This document shows positions 34,813-44,561 of a stretch of DNA of 64,000 nucleotides, piece after piece. The notes below the pieces were generated by a model. That model searched no databases. It had not been told where the DNA came from and saw nothing but the letters and a program-made list of their open reading frames with translations. Where the stretch lies: positions 124,001-188,000 of the IMG/VR virus record IMGVR_UViG_3300049001_000044. One strand, 5' to 3'. Made by a program: the position numbers and the translations under genes. Every line of letters begins with the position of its first letter. Position 1 is the stretch's first letter.

Positions 34813-35130
34813 TTACACGGTGGGTTCGAAAGCGAAGAACACGTGATGGACGTCTTCACGACCGCGAACGATCATGTAGTCGTCGTACTTGTAAACCGCA
34901 GGACCTTCCGTGTTGAACACGTCGCCGCACAGACCATTGATTTGGGGATGACGATTATCACCCACATCCACCCGCTCCCACGATCCCTCAATCGACGATA
35001 CCGCATTGATGTCGATGTCAAAGTAGGCGCAGAGGTCCGTGGGGGTCTGGGGAATTTCGTCAATATCCGGGTTACCACTATCCACGATGTCCTCGAGTTC
35101 GGACACCACACTATCTATAAGCGAAGCCAT
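34813..35130 (-). CDS. Acidic hypothetical protein (105 aa)
   Basis: ORF track; GGAGG RBS, TATAAT at 35160-35165. Confidence 0.7.
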   Translation of the reverse strand: MASLIDSVVSELEDIVDSGNPDIDEIPQTPTDLCAYFDIDINAVSSIEGSWERVDVGDNRHPQINGLCGDVFNTEGPAVYKYDDYMIVRGREDVHHVFFAFEPTV

Positions 35131-35201
35131 TAATCCTCCAATTGTTCAGGTCACTTGTAATTATACTGTACCACAAGCACAATTGAATGTACACAAGAAA
35201 A

Positions 35202-35245
35202 TTGTAACAGAGAGATCAAGGGAATTTCTTCCCTCTCTGTTACAA
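35202..35245 (-). terminator. Terminator downstream of terL
   Basis: 13-bp inverted repeat TTGTAACAGAGAG / CTCTCTGTTACAA then TTTTCTT on minus strand. Confidence 0.65.
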
Positions 35246-35258
35246 CTCGTTACAGATT

Positions 35259-36827
35259 TTAGAGAATTGAGAAAGGCACAGGATCACCGCCGAAGTGGTC
35301 AAAGTTCGGTTCGGTTTCGTCTGCGTCAGGAGCCATCGTTTCGTACACGAGCTCTCTGGCCTTTTCATCGTAGTGGGAAAGGCGATGCATTAGCTTCATG
35401 ACCACTGCCATTGCCATGATGGTATCGTCAGTCGCGCCGATCTTCGCCTCATACGATCCACCTTTGGCCACGAAGTTCTTCAGTTCGAAGAGTAAGATGT
35501 CGGAGTTGATCTTCAAACCGTTGTTAATTCTCTCAACCAAGTTTTTCATCTGCATGCAGGTGACGAGCTTAGATTTACCGGTCGTGTAGGTACCGAACTT
35601 GCCTGGTGTTTCGTCGTACCGCTCTACGCCATCCAAGTAGGTACCACCGTCTGGGCTATCATCGTTTTGGATCATGGCGACTAGCGCTTCACCCACACCG
35701 TTTCGCTCAAAAGACCACACAACTTCAGCGCGCCGACGATTTTGATCTGGCTTTCTCAGCTCTTTCAACAGCCACTTGATCTTAGCATAGATGAGAGGGA
35801 TGTTGACGTTATTCAGTCTCAGCTCAGCGACTTGTTCCAAGCTTGGGAACTCCACAACCTGAATTGCAGTGAAGTCTTTTCCGTTACCTGTGGCCGGATC
35901 AACGCCGACGAGATAAGTTTTGTTTGCTCCACCGACGTCTTTCCAGAACCTGAAACCCATCTCTTCACGGATGTGCGGCTTAGCACGCATCGCATGCAGG
36001 CAACGTGAGTCAATGAGCAACGCCTCGCTAGAAAGGAATTCGCAGTCAAGTTCTTGGCGGGCCTTAACCGGACCAAGTTTGCCGATCATTTCGTCGTAGT
36101 ACTTTTGCTCCCGGTCTGGGTGCTGATACCACATCGCCCTGATAGGTTTGAAACTGTTTTGACCACTGTTTGCGCCTCGCCACAGCTGCGCGAAGAGGTC
36201 AGAGTCGCCGTTAGGGGTCGAGGTTAGAACGAACTTACCACCAGTCGATAGAGACGGTGCAAGCGATGCCCACATCTCGTCTTGAATACGACGAGATAGG
36301 AACGCGATCTCGTCAATGAAGAGGAAGGATGGCGAGCTACCACGACCTGTCTTTTCCGAAGTTGCTTCGCACTTGATCTTGGCGTTGTTGTCGAACTCGA
36401 TAGAAGTACGTGAGTAGTATTTGCAGCCTGGCTTGATCCACTCTGGCAATTCCTCATACGCAAACTTGATACGAGACATAATTTCGGTTGCGTGAGCCAT
36501 TGCTTTCGACGCAATGATGCAGAGTTTGGGTTCGTCTTTGTTGGCAAAGCAGGTGAGCCAGATAACGTACATCGCAACGACGGTGGTTTTACCCATCTGA
36601 CGTGAGGCAAGAATGATCGTGTCCTTATTGTTGTGGATGGACGTGATCATCTCTTTCTGGTACTCATAGAGGATCATTGGCACGGCGCCCTTTACAGGGT
36701 CAACGACCATGATGTAGTTTTCGATGAAGTAGATTGGGTCGCGCTGACACCGCACGAGCTCTTGGATGAGCTCAGGCGTGTACTCGTTGGTAGAGTTTGG
36801 GCGCTTAATCGCTGGATTAGCGGGCAT
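35259..36827 (-). CDS. terL: Terminase large subunit (T4 gp17-like)
   Basis: ASRQMGKTT, GRG, FIDEIAF, TSTPNG, GVDPATG..DF, FERNGVG, DDTIMA. Confidence 0.96.
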   Translation of the reverse strand: MPANPAIKRPNSTNEYTPELIQELVRCQRDPIYFIENYIMVVDPVKGAVPMILYEYQKEMITSIHNNKDTIILASRQMGKTTVVAMYVIWLTCFANKDEPKLCIIASKAMAHATEIMSRIKFAYEELPEWIKPGCKYYSRTSIEFDNNAKIKCEATSEKTGRGSSPSFLFIDEIAFLSRRIQDEMWASLAPSLSTGGKFVLTSTPNGDSDLFAQLWRGANSGQNSFKPIRAMWYQHPDREQKYYDEMIGKLGPVKARQELDCEFLSSEALLIDSRCLHAMRAKPHIREEMGFRFWKDVGGANKTYLVGVDPATGNGKDFTAIQVVEFPSLEQVAELRLNNVNIPLIYAKIKWLLKELRKPDQNRRRAEVVWSFERNGVGEALVAMIQNDDSPDGGTYLDGVERYDETPGKFGTYTTGKSKLVTCMQMKNLVERINNGLKINSDILLFELKNFVAKGGSYEAKIGATDDTIMAMAVVMKLMHRLSHYDEKARELVYETMAPDADETEPNFDHFGGDPVPFSIL

Positions 36828-36886
36828 GTAGTTCTCCTAAGTTAGATATGCAGGGATAACGTGTGACGTTTTGGAAACCCTGCAGA

Positions 36887-36894
36887 TATTTATT
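36887..36894 (-). promoter_or_regulatory. Late promoter motif AATAAATA upstream of terL
   Basis: Motif match; leader contains a hairpin. Confidence 0.62.
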
Positions 36895-36913
36895 AGGAGA
36901 ACCTGTGCGTCAG

Positions 36914-37372
36914 TTAGTTGTGACCGTAATCGATCTTGCTCTTCAAGATCATTTCAAGAGCCGTATGCAGTTCCATTCCTGACAGATTCTTCTTCAACCA
37001 TTTCGTTGCGAGCTGGTTAGTGAGCTTCTCGTTCTGATATATTTTGCCTGGCGACTTGACCGTCATCCATGCGTGATACGCTTCGTGAGCTGCTTGAGCC
37101 ACATCCGCTGCATCTCGACTTTGAAGATTGATAAGGTAAATGGTTCCCGGGGTATCAGCTGCGGTTAACCCCAGCTCAGCCATCCAATCCTCTACTTTCC
37201 CCTTCAGCGGAGGAGTAAAACCTGGCTCATCGCCCTGTTTAACCATGTATGCGCCGGCCTTCATGTCATCAGTATCGGTCACGACTTTATCCTGGCCCAG
37301 AATATCTTTTACGACATCTAGGGCGGTGAAGCGTGTGGGCGTTCTAGCCTCGAAAAGTTCGTGTAGTTTCAT
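36914..37372 (-). CDS. HExxH-containing protein with MKLHELFE leader
   Basis: AAHEAYHA motif. Confidence 0.7.
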   Translation of the reverse strand: MKLHELFEARTPTRFTALDVVKDILGQDKVVTDTDDMKAGAYMVKQGDEPGFTPPLKGKVEDWMAELGLTAADTPGTIYLINLQSRDAADVAQAAHEAYHAWMTVKSPGKIYQNEKLTNQLATKWLKKNLSGMELHTALEMILKSKIDYGHN

Positions 37373-37400
37373 TTTAGGAGCTCACGTAATTTCATTTTCT

Positions 37401-37673
37401 TTATCCGAATAGTTTGTTGCCGCCCTTCTTGATCCGTAGCTTCTGTGCGGTTTCAAGGTCACGACGGATGGTTGCATATCGAGTGGCTTCCTTCTTGAAG
37501 AAGTCAATTTGGTCCTGTGTGGGAGTGAACCCATCCTCCGTCTGACAACGAGCGACTTCCTGCTTAGCCAAATACTCGATGAAGTCTGAGTAGTGGTTGA
37601 CGCGCTCGTTGCTGACGAAGAAAGCCGTTCTTACCGGCTTTCCACTATCATCATGGATTTTGATCTCGTCCAT
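37401..37673 (-). CDS. Hypothetical protein (90 aa)
   Basis: ORF track; TAATG coupling. Confidence 0.7.
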   Translation of the reverse strand: MDEIKIHDDSGKPVRTAFFVSNERVNHYSDFIEYLAKQEVARCQTEDGFTPTQDQIDFFKKEATRYATIRRDLETAQKLRIKKGGNKLFG

Positions 37674-38329
37674 TACGCTTTGCGTTTGAGGATATCCTTA
37701 TCCTCGTTCTTGATGCGCTGCTCGAGGTCGGTCCAATTCATGCGACCATGATCGTGCTTTTCAATCTCTTCCAACTTAGCACGAACTTCGGCGCCGAGGG
37801 TATCGAAGATTTCGAAGAATGCGTATTTGTAGCGGTTGCCTGCCAACTTGTTGCGCTTCGCCTTCATGCGCTCACGCTTCGTAAAGATGTTCATGAAGAA
37901 CACCGCATCTGGGGCTGAGAGGTTATCGGCGAACTCATGGTCAGAAAGCCTGTCGTCGACTTCTTTATCAGTCATGAGATCATGAGGAATGTCAGATGCG
38001 TTGCCAAAGTCTGCACGACCTGCAGTTGCACCAGTCACAGTGCTCTTACGCTTATCCGGACGAACCCAACCTGGACGACCACCTTCACGGACGACACCTT
38101 CACCCAGCACTTCACCTTCTTCGTCGTCCATGTCATACACACCATACGCGCGGTCTTCGCCTGGGATGTGTGCCCAGAACATGTGCTTACCATCTTCGAC
38201 ACCGCCCTTGAAGCGAATCTTGTCGGCCTTATCAGGGTAGGCCTTCTTCACGGCATCCATCCATTCATCGCGGTCTTTGATTGTCGCCTTTTCACTGACG
38301 ATGTTTTGGAGTTCACGTAGTAGTTTCAT
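37673..38329 (-). CDS. Hypothetical protein (218 aa), probable processed head protein
   Basis: MKLLRELQNIVSE leader and internal VLGE/VVRE sites; GTAAATA motif upstream. Confidence 0.7.
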   Translation of the reverse strand: MKLLRELQNIVSEKATIKDRDEWMDAVKKAYPDKADKIRFKGGVEDGKHMFWAHIPGEDRAYGVYDMDDEEGEVLGEGVVREGGRPGWVRPDKRKSTVTGATAGRADFGNASDIPHDLMTDKEVDDRLSDHEFADNLSAPDAVFFMNIFTKRERMKAKRNKLAGNRYKYAFFEIFDTLGAEVRAKLEEIEKHDHGRMNWTDLEQRIKNEDKDILKRKA

Positions 38330-38372
38330 ATTCTTTCCTAAGATTGTTGCGGCCTATCGGCACATCCCTTAT

Positions 38373-38984
38373 TTACTTCAAGCTCTTGATAAAGGGCTCT
38401 ACCTGATCCATGAAGGTACTTTCGTTTTTGTTGAAGATGTAGAACTTTTCGCACTTGATCATGATTTCGCTGTTCGATTTCAAGCACTCTTGGAAGTGAT
38501 CGTTGTGGAACCATGCAGCGTTGTTCATGTCCTGCATTACCAGCGTGATGGCCTTCTCTGTGGCCACATCATAGTCCTGTTCACCATCGCGATTTCTTAC
38601 AACGTCGCGGTGCATCTCCATGTTGCCGGTCAGATCATGGAAGTCCGGGCTGCACAACCATTCAAACTTACCGATCGGAAAAACCACCCCTAGCTGATCA
38701 CCATAAAGTAGAGCGTTGTTGGCGCTGCCAGAAGTGAAGAGACCGTTGCGGAATGGGAACCCAAATTCCTTCTTGAAGAATTCATTGGCGCGATCATGAA
38801 GATCAGTTGGACTGTCACGAGGGCCAGTGCGCTCACGGAACGGGATGATGGCATGGTCAGGTACGTGCTGCGCTGCATGGTGAAGATACCTATCTCCCTT
38901 CAGAGAGAAGTAGTAGGCGCAGTCCTTCTTGAACTGTTCTAAGTTAAGCGGCGCGGACTCTTGGAGGTATTGCTTGAATCTCAT
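38373..38984 (-). CDS. ART-like protein, subfamily B (first Arg motif degenerate)
   Basis: MRFKQYLQE leader; PRDS...FTSGSANNALLYG...FP.G.F...SEIMI. Confidence 0.6.
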   Translation of the reverse strand: MRFKQYLQESAPLNLEQFKKDCAYYFSLKGDRYLHHAAQHVPDHAIIPFRERTGPRDSPTDLHDRANEFFKKEFGFPFRNGLFTSGSANNALLYGDQLGVVFPIGKFEWLCSPDFHDLTGNMEMHRDVVRNRDGEQDYDVATEKAITLVMQDMNNAAWFHNDHFQECLKSNSEIMIKCEKFYIFNKNESTFMDQVEPFIKSLK

Positions 38985-39700
38985 TTGTACCACCCATCGA
39001 TCTTGTGCTTGATAACGTCCGCATCCATTACATCGGAAAGGTACTTCGATTTCTGGCTGCGAATTTTTTCTGCCATGCGCTTGCCAATCGGGTTAGCGAT
39101 TGGAGCGTCGTAGAAATTGGTCATCGATGCGAACGCCTTTCTAAGCACCGCATCGGTTAGCTCACCCTCGTCATTCTTGATCTCGGCGAAGAATGAGCTG
39201 AATTCCTGCTTAAAGAATTCCTTGTTCTCCGCTGACCGCTTGTAGACTTGCTGAATGAATTCGGGATCCACATCGCGCTCTTGACGAGTTGCTGCGCGCT
39301 TAAGCGCCGTTTCAAGTGGTGTGTCAACGAACACCATGCCTACGTCATAGCCCAGCGACTTCAAAATACCAGCACGCTGAAGGATGTTTTCTGCACTGTT
39401 CGATGTACCATCAATAAGCAGTGGCAGCATACCATTCAGATAGTTGCCCAACATGCCTTTCGTGATGCGATGGGTCTGATCTTGGAATGCAATCCAGTTC
39501 ATGCTGTTGACGCGACGACCAGTCTTGAGTGTGAGGTACTCGGTGGCGATGTCGGTGTTGATGACGCGAGGTTGGATCGCACCACTGATTTTCTTCCCAG
39601 TGTACGACTTACCAGAGCCCGGAATGCCGACGACGAAGACAGCTTTGAAAATTCCGCGATCTTCGATTGATTCTGAAATGAACTCTTTGAATGAAACCAT
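38981..39700 (-). CDS. P-loop kinase (zeta-toxin / AAA_33-like) with head-targeting-like leader
   Basis: MVSFKEFISE; VGIPGSGKS, LLIDGT, ALKRAATRQER. Confidence 0.8.
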   Translation of the reverse strand: MVSFKEFISESIEDRGIFKAVFVVGIPGSGKSYTGKKISGAIQPRVINTDIATEYLTLKTGRRVNSMNWIAFQDQTHRITKGMLGNYLNGMLPLLIDGTSNSAENILQRAGILKSLGYDVGMVFVDTPLETALKRAATRQERDVDPEFIQQVYKRSAENKEFFKQEFSSFFAEIKNDEGELTDAVLRKAFASMTNFYDAPIANPIGKRMAEKIRSQKSKYLSDVMDADVIKHKIDGWYK

Positions 39701-39733
39701 GATGTTCTTTTATGATTGGGATACAGGCTCTAT

Positions 39734-41059
39734 TTACTTCATGTGAGACTGAATGTACTCAAGAGCGTCGTCAGTTAGTTCACCCATATTCAGCGAAGGC
39801 CACCGATGGAAGAAGTCTACGAACGCATTCTCAACCTTCCTGTGAACTGCATGGCCGCCCTGTCGAAGAGCATGAACAACGCCCGCAAATAGACGTGCAT
39901 CGATCGCAACACATGGACCGCTGAACCAACACTCAACATTCGTTGGTAGCTTCCGTCCGAACTCAACCATCTTTAAGTTCAGGGTGTCAGGGTGGAACAT
40001 AACAGCGGCAAGAGCTTGAAGTCCCCTTCCCTTATTCTTGCTGAGGATGTCCATCAATTCTTTCTTCGGCGTTTCTTCAAATGCATCGCACCATCTTTCA
40101 GCGAAATCGTCGGTGTTGCTGTCGATGAAGTCGTTGATAGCACTGACGCTGGCCATAGTCATTTGTTTCCCATCGCCAAGTTCCAGCCCGATATCCTCTA
40201 AGAGGTGCTCGAACTCGTCAGAGAACAAATCGACATCAATACCATCAGACCAAGACGTGACGATATCGTTGTGAATGAAGTCATCCACATTACTCACCAC
40301 CACTTTGGTGCCATCGAATGGAACGATGACCATCGGCATACCATAGCTCGCCGCTTCAGCAATGTTAGAAGAGCAGATAAGTGACTTGCTTCGCGATGGA
40401 AAATCCTTCATGCTATCAGAAATGTCCATCATCAACTGGTAGATGTTGTTCGTATCTCTTGAGGTGCGCTCGCCCTGCGATGCGTCGATCGTCATAACTG
40501 CGACGTCATGCTTGAATCCGCGGAAGAGCAGACCACCAGTCGAAATTGCTTGAAGGCCGCGTGAGCAGTGCTTGTTGAGAAGGTCAACAGCTTTCTTCAC
40601 ATCGACATACTCGACGGCCCATGGCTTGACGACCGCCTCAGTGATTGGCTTTGGCTCGCGCTCCATGATGTCGCCTGTGATCTTCTTGAAGCCATTGCGT
40701 TGGTACCATGCCTTGAGCTGTGTCTTGGTTAGATTCTTCCCCTCCCTTCCGCCTGCGTTCTTAAGCGGCTTAACAGTGAGGTCCATCTTCACCTGATGCT
40801 TGTCAGCCAGGTCGGTCAGCCACTTCATGAACTCACGAGCGTTGCCTTGGTTCTTCTCAATCGACATGATGCTACTGATGTGGATCATGCCTTGCCACTT
40901 GCTAATCTCCGCCATCATTTTGTCCTGCCAGATGGCCATACGTGGACTCCAAGGATGCGGGGTCGTTTGTTCATGATACTCTTTCATGAACGCATCGAGG
41001 CCTGGGTTCGCCTTCAAACTTATGCGAACTACCTCTGATAGGAACTGTTTGAATCTCAT
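39734..41059 (-). CDS. GNAT acetyltransferase fused to an ART-like domain
   Basis: QGNAREFM...LKAWYQRNGF (GNAT); LFRG...FPSRSKSLICSS...A..YG...VECWFSG. Confidence 0.7.
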   Translation of the reverse strand: MRFKQFLSEVVRISLKANPGLDAFMKEYHEQTTPHPWSPRMAIWQDKMMAEISKWQGMIHISSIMSIEKNQGNAREFMKWLTDLADKHQVKMDLTVKPLKNAGGREGKNLTKTQLKAWYQRNGFKKITGDIMEREPKPITEAVVKPWAVEYVDVKKAVDLLNKHCSRGLQAISTGGLLFRGFKHDVAVMTIDASQGERTSRDTNNIYQLMMDISDSMKDFPSRSKSLICSSNIAEAASYGMPMVIVPFDGTKVVVSNVDDFIHNDIVTSWSDGIDVDLFSDEFEHLLEDIGLELGDGKQMTMASVSAINDFIDSNTDDFAERWCDAFEETPKKELMDILSKNKGRGLQALAAVMFHPDTLNLKMVEFGRKLPTNVECWFSGPCVAIDARLFAGVVHALRQGGHAVHRKVENAFVDFFHRWPSLNMGELTDDALEYIQSHMK

Positions 41060-41529
41060 TTGATCTCTTTCGTCTGCGAGTCGATGGTGATCATCTTCAA
41101 GATGTCGTTACGGTCGGCGACGACGATGTTGTTGGTCGTCTTACCACCATTCGCGTAAGGAATGAACTGGTTAACCTTCTTTCTTTCCACCTTGATCTTC
41201 GCCTTCGAGGTAGCAGCGGCGAGTGCGATGTTTAGATAGGTAGCAGCGACCTCAGCGTTACGTGCGGCGTAGCGAGGCTCGATAATCTCGGTGTAGGCGA
41301 TCTGATTCTGGAAAGTGCTAATTGCGGAGTTGTACACCTCGTCAATCTTCTTCTCAGTCTCAATGTCATCCGCGTCCTTCACGTCTGGCTGCGGCTCAGT
41401 AGGTTGAACGTTGCTAGGTTGGGTGACATCAGTCATTCCATACTCTTGCTCAATATCGAACTCAACACCGCTCGTTGGGTTGAATGAACCTTCTTCGATG
41501 TTGAAGACGTCTTCTAGTGGGTGTTTCAT
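41056..41529 (-). CDS. Probable terminase small subunit (gp16-like)
   Basis: Helical core, EVAATYL, C-terminal TTNNIVVADRNDILKMI. Confidence 0.55.
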   Translation of the reverse strand: MKHPLEDVFNIEEGSFNPTSGVEFDIEQEYGMTDVTQPSNVQPTEPQPDVKDADDIETEKKIDEVYNSAISTFQNQIAYTEIIEPRYAARNAEVAATYLNIALAAATSKAKIKVERKKVNQFIPYANGGKTTNNIVVADRNDILKMITIDSQTKEIK

Positions 41530-41540
41530 TTTCTGCTCTC

Positions 41541-42797
41541 TTATTCAAATGGCCATGGGCCCGGTTTTTCGCCGGTTTTTCTCTGTGCTTGGAACTTGGC
41601 GATCTTTTTCTTGATCATTTCCTTGGTGTTCCACAGATCGAAATTTCCTGCTGCGTATCTTGCGAACAGCGCCATGATCTTTTCAAAGGTCTCGTCGCCA
41701 CGTTTGTTGGACATAACCAACTTGTAGTACTTCTTTCGATACTCTTCAACCTCAGCCTTGTTGTCGATGGCCAATGCATATGCTTGCGCGCATCTAGATA
41801 CGGCGTTGATGACCTTGTCTTCCATGGACAGATAGTCACTACCAACGGATCTAAACTCGACGTGACTGCGCTTTAGATTGACTGAGACGTATTTACCCAG
41901 ATCGCGTCTTGATTGTAGCTGGTCAGCGGCGATTCGAGTCACGCCATTACGCATCAACCTCAGTTGCTTCTCAACGAACTCTGGATCGCGGCTAAGTGCG
42001 TCCTTCATGTTCCGGTACATTGACTCGCAGTACCTATTCGTCTCACGACCAAATTCAGCAAGTAGGTGTTCGTCACCCAGGAACAGCACCAGCTTTACCA
42101 TGTCAAGTTTGTTATGACCTTCGCCACTCACGTTAATGTGGAGCCCGCATGACGCGTTCGTCTCTGCGCCATTCTCTTTTAACCACGCGAAGACGTTCTT
42201 CAGAGCAGTTAATCCTTCGCTGATTGAGCTGTAAACAGGGCTAACCATCTCAATGCCAAAGTTGGCCTTTATGCTGTCGTCAGGTTCAAACGTCCACTTG
42301 GTCGATACCTTCGTCGCTTCGTTGTGCTCACCGAAAACAGTTGGCTCTTCTACGTTTAGGTCTTTTGCGAACTTAGCCGCAATCGCTTTAGCAGTGTTGA
42401 TGAACTCAAGGTAGGGGTCATCTGACGCTTCATCGTAACCGTGGGGCAGATCGTACCCGTAAACCTCAGCAAAGTCAGAGAATGAGAAGATGGATTTGCT
42501 GGTCATGTAGGATAAGAAGGTGGTACTAATCTGACCGCGGCTTCCCGCAAGGGATTTCCATCTTTGATAGTCATCATCTAACTTATCGAAGGCGTCATCG
42601 GACATGCTGAAGAAGTTAGCGATGACGTTTGGTGTAATGTCGTAATCAAAGCGCACACCCTTTTTACCAGTGAGTTTCTCAACGTCATCGAAGAATACTT
42701 CCAGTTCGAATCCCACTTGTAGAGGAGATGATGATGCGAAGCTCTTGAGCGCGCTAGGGCTCATCCTAACCTCGTTAAGATAATCTTTGAATTTCAT
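41541..42797 (-). CDS. Putative amidoligase (COOH-NH2 ligase type 2) with head-targeting-like leader
   Basis: GFELE, PDDSI, GIEMVSP, TNASCGLHINVS, KYVSVN, VEFR. Confidence 0.83.
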   Translation of the reverse strand: MKFKDYLNEVRMSPSALKSFASSSPLQVGFELEVFFDDVEKLTGKKGVRFDYDITPNVIANFFSMSDDAFDKLDDDYQRWKSLAGSRGQISTTFLSYMTSKSIFSFSDFAEVYGYDLPHGYDEASDDPYLEFINTAKAIAAKFAKDLNVEEPTVFGEHNEATKVSTKWTFEPDDSIKANFGIEMVSPVYSSISEGLTALKNVFAWLKENGAETNASCGLHINVSGEGHNKLDMVKLVLFLGDEHLLAEFGRETNRYCESMYRNMKDALSRDPEFVEKQLRLMRNGVTRIAADQLQSRRDLGKYVSVNLKRSHVEFRSVGSDYLSMEDKVINAVSRCAQAYALAIDNKAEVEEYRKKYYKLVMSNKRGDETFEKIMALFARYAAGNFDLWNTKEMIKKKIAKFQAQRKTGEKPGPWPFE

Positions 42798-43321
42798 TTC
42801 TTCGCGCCTCTTGTAGTACCGGTAGTCTTTCTAGTACCTGCTGGTTTTTTCGCCTGTTTCGCCTGTTTCTTTGGACCCTGCTTGAAGAGGGACTGTTCAG
42901 TGATGACGCGGAACTTCATGCCGTTCTGACGACAGAAGACCTCAGCGGCTTTCCACTTGGCGATATTTACTGCCAGCGCCATCTTGTCACGATCGCTCTT
43001 TGCCTTTTCAGCCAGCGTCTCTTTCAACGGCTTGACTTCCAACACTTCTTTCTGAATGTTGCCGTCCTTATCCTGATAGACCACGACGAAGTCAGGGAAG
43101 TATCTGGCCGGTTTGAAGCCTGGACGTCCAGTCACAGGGTCAATGACCGGTTTGAGATAAGGAATGACAAGCTCTTCACTACCCCACTTGATGACAGCCT
43201 GTGAACTATCCAGGAACTTCATCATAGCAATTTCCCACGATGAACGGAACATGATGTTCGTTGCATCACCTGCGTATTTCTGCGGATTCTTTGGAACGAA
43301 TCTTCCTTGTGCGAAACCCAT
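42794..43321 (-). CDS. Head completion nuclease (T4 gp4-like)
   Basis: GRFVPKNPQKY, RSSWE, WGSEELVIPY, YFPDF, EVKP. Confidence 0.9.
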   Translation of the reverse strand: MGFAQGRFVPKNPQKYAGDATNIMFRSSWEIAMMKFLDSSQAVIKWGSEELVIPYLKPVIDPVTGRPGFKPARYFPDFVVVYQDKDGNIQKEVLEVKPLKETLAEKAKSDRDKMALAVNIAKWKAAEVFCRQNGMKFRVITEQSLFKQGPKKQAKQAKKPAGTRKTTGTTRGAKK

Positions 43322-44484
43322 TATGCGTATTCTCCATCGTCGCTAGACTCTTGACTTGCCAGCGATTCGACCACGCTTGGTGAGGTGGTGTTGTCAGCTA
43401 AGAAGTTCGTCGATGGTCGAGCGAATGATTGATTTGTTTTTCCTAGTGGATTGACTTTGTTTCCAACCACTGTGTCCTGTACAGAAGATGCACCACCGTC
43501 TGAGATGGTAGTGAAGTTAGGAGTCGCGTAGTCGCGGTACCCCTGATTCAGTGCGCTACCATTTGCGCCACCTTGTGCAGAGCTCCCACCATTACCGTCC
43601 ATCGGAATATCGCCGCCCATAAACAGTGGACCGCCTGTCTCAGTGGTGAAGGCGTTGACGTGATCCATGAAGACAGAGTCGAAGTCAACTGACATCGTGA
43701 TGATGTTGAAGTTGCCGCCGTTCTCATGGTCCATATCGTCGATATCGATGTTGGTGAACTTTGGGTTCATGAAGATGAAGTTCACAACCTTCACCCACGC
43801 CGAAGGAGTCTTTACGTCGCTGTTCCTCTCAACGAAGATTTGGTGGACGGTCATTTCTTCCAAGATGTTCTTCGCATCATTTGGGAGTGGTCCACGCCAT
43901 GCGGTGTTGTTGTCGCTGCCATAATCGAAGCCATAGTCTTCATGCGTCATCGAAGGCATGAACTGTCTGCGAGAGATCGGTTGAATGAGCTGACGGTACA
44001 TGTTGACGAAGCCCAATCCATTATTGCCAACGTCGTCGAAGAATGTCAAGCTAACTTCTCGGTTGCGGATGGACTTCAACACCTTAGTGCGGAAGTTGTA
44101 GAGGTTTACTTCCTCATAGTCGAAGTCGTGTTTAGGACGATCAACGTGGCGAACGATGAAAGTGAGATTCTCTTGGAGCTGCTTCACCGGATAACCCATC
44201 GACTCGGCGTAGGCGATGATAGCTGGGTTGAACTTGAAGCTCACCTTGAACATGAACTTCAGCTTAGGATTGAATGCTACGTTGTTCTTGATCAGATCAT
44301 GAGCGTAGTCAGACGAAATCCATTCCGAAGGAGCGCCTTCTGATTGTGATGCGGTGGATGCTTTGGAGGTCGAGCCAAAAGACATCTTCTTGTCTTGCCC
44401 GCTAACAGCGGCGCCGAATTTGTCAAGCGCGTTCTTCTCCAAATTGACACCCGATGGGATCATTTTTGAAATATCTTTTGGCAC
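43321..44484 (-). CDS. Tail-tube-like baseplate protein (gp48/gp54-like)
   Basis: VDRPK...VNLYNFR...VSLTFFDD tube-fold pattern; late promoter; beside tail tube gene. Confidence 0.55.
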   Translation of the reverse strand: MPKDISKMIPSGVNLEKNALDKFGAAVSGQDKKMSFGSTSKASTASQSEGAPSEWISSDYAHDLIKNNVAFNPKLKFMFKVSFKFNPAIIAYAESMGYPVKQLQENLTFIVRHVDRPKHDFDYEEVNLYNFRTKVLKSIRNREVSLTFFDDVGNNGLGFVNMYRQLIQPISRRQFMPSMTHEDYGFDYGSDNNTAWRGPLPNDAKNILEEMTVHQIFVERNSDVKTPSAWVKVVNFIFMNPKFTNIDIDDMDHENGGNFNIITMSVDFDSVFMDHVNAFTTETGGPLFMGGDIPMDGNGGSSAQGGANGSALNQGYRDYATPNFTTISDGGASSVQDTVVGNKVNPLGKTNQSFARPSTNFLADNTTSPSVVESLASQESSDDGEYA

Positions 44485-44511
44485 GATTATTGTCCAGGTG
44501 GTTGTACGGTT

Positions 44512-44519
44512 TATTTATG
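44512..44519 (-). promoter_or_regulatory. Late promoter motif CATAAATA
   Basis: Directly after a UUCG terminator. Confidence 0.65.
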
Positions 44520-44535
44520 AAGCCGGACGGCGCGC

Positions 44536-44561
44536 AAAAGAAAGGGAGCCCGAAGGCTCCC
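44536..44561 (-). terminator. cUUCGg intrinsic terminator
   Basis: GGGAGCC-TTCG-GGCTCCC then TTTCTTTT. Confidence 0.8.
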
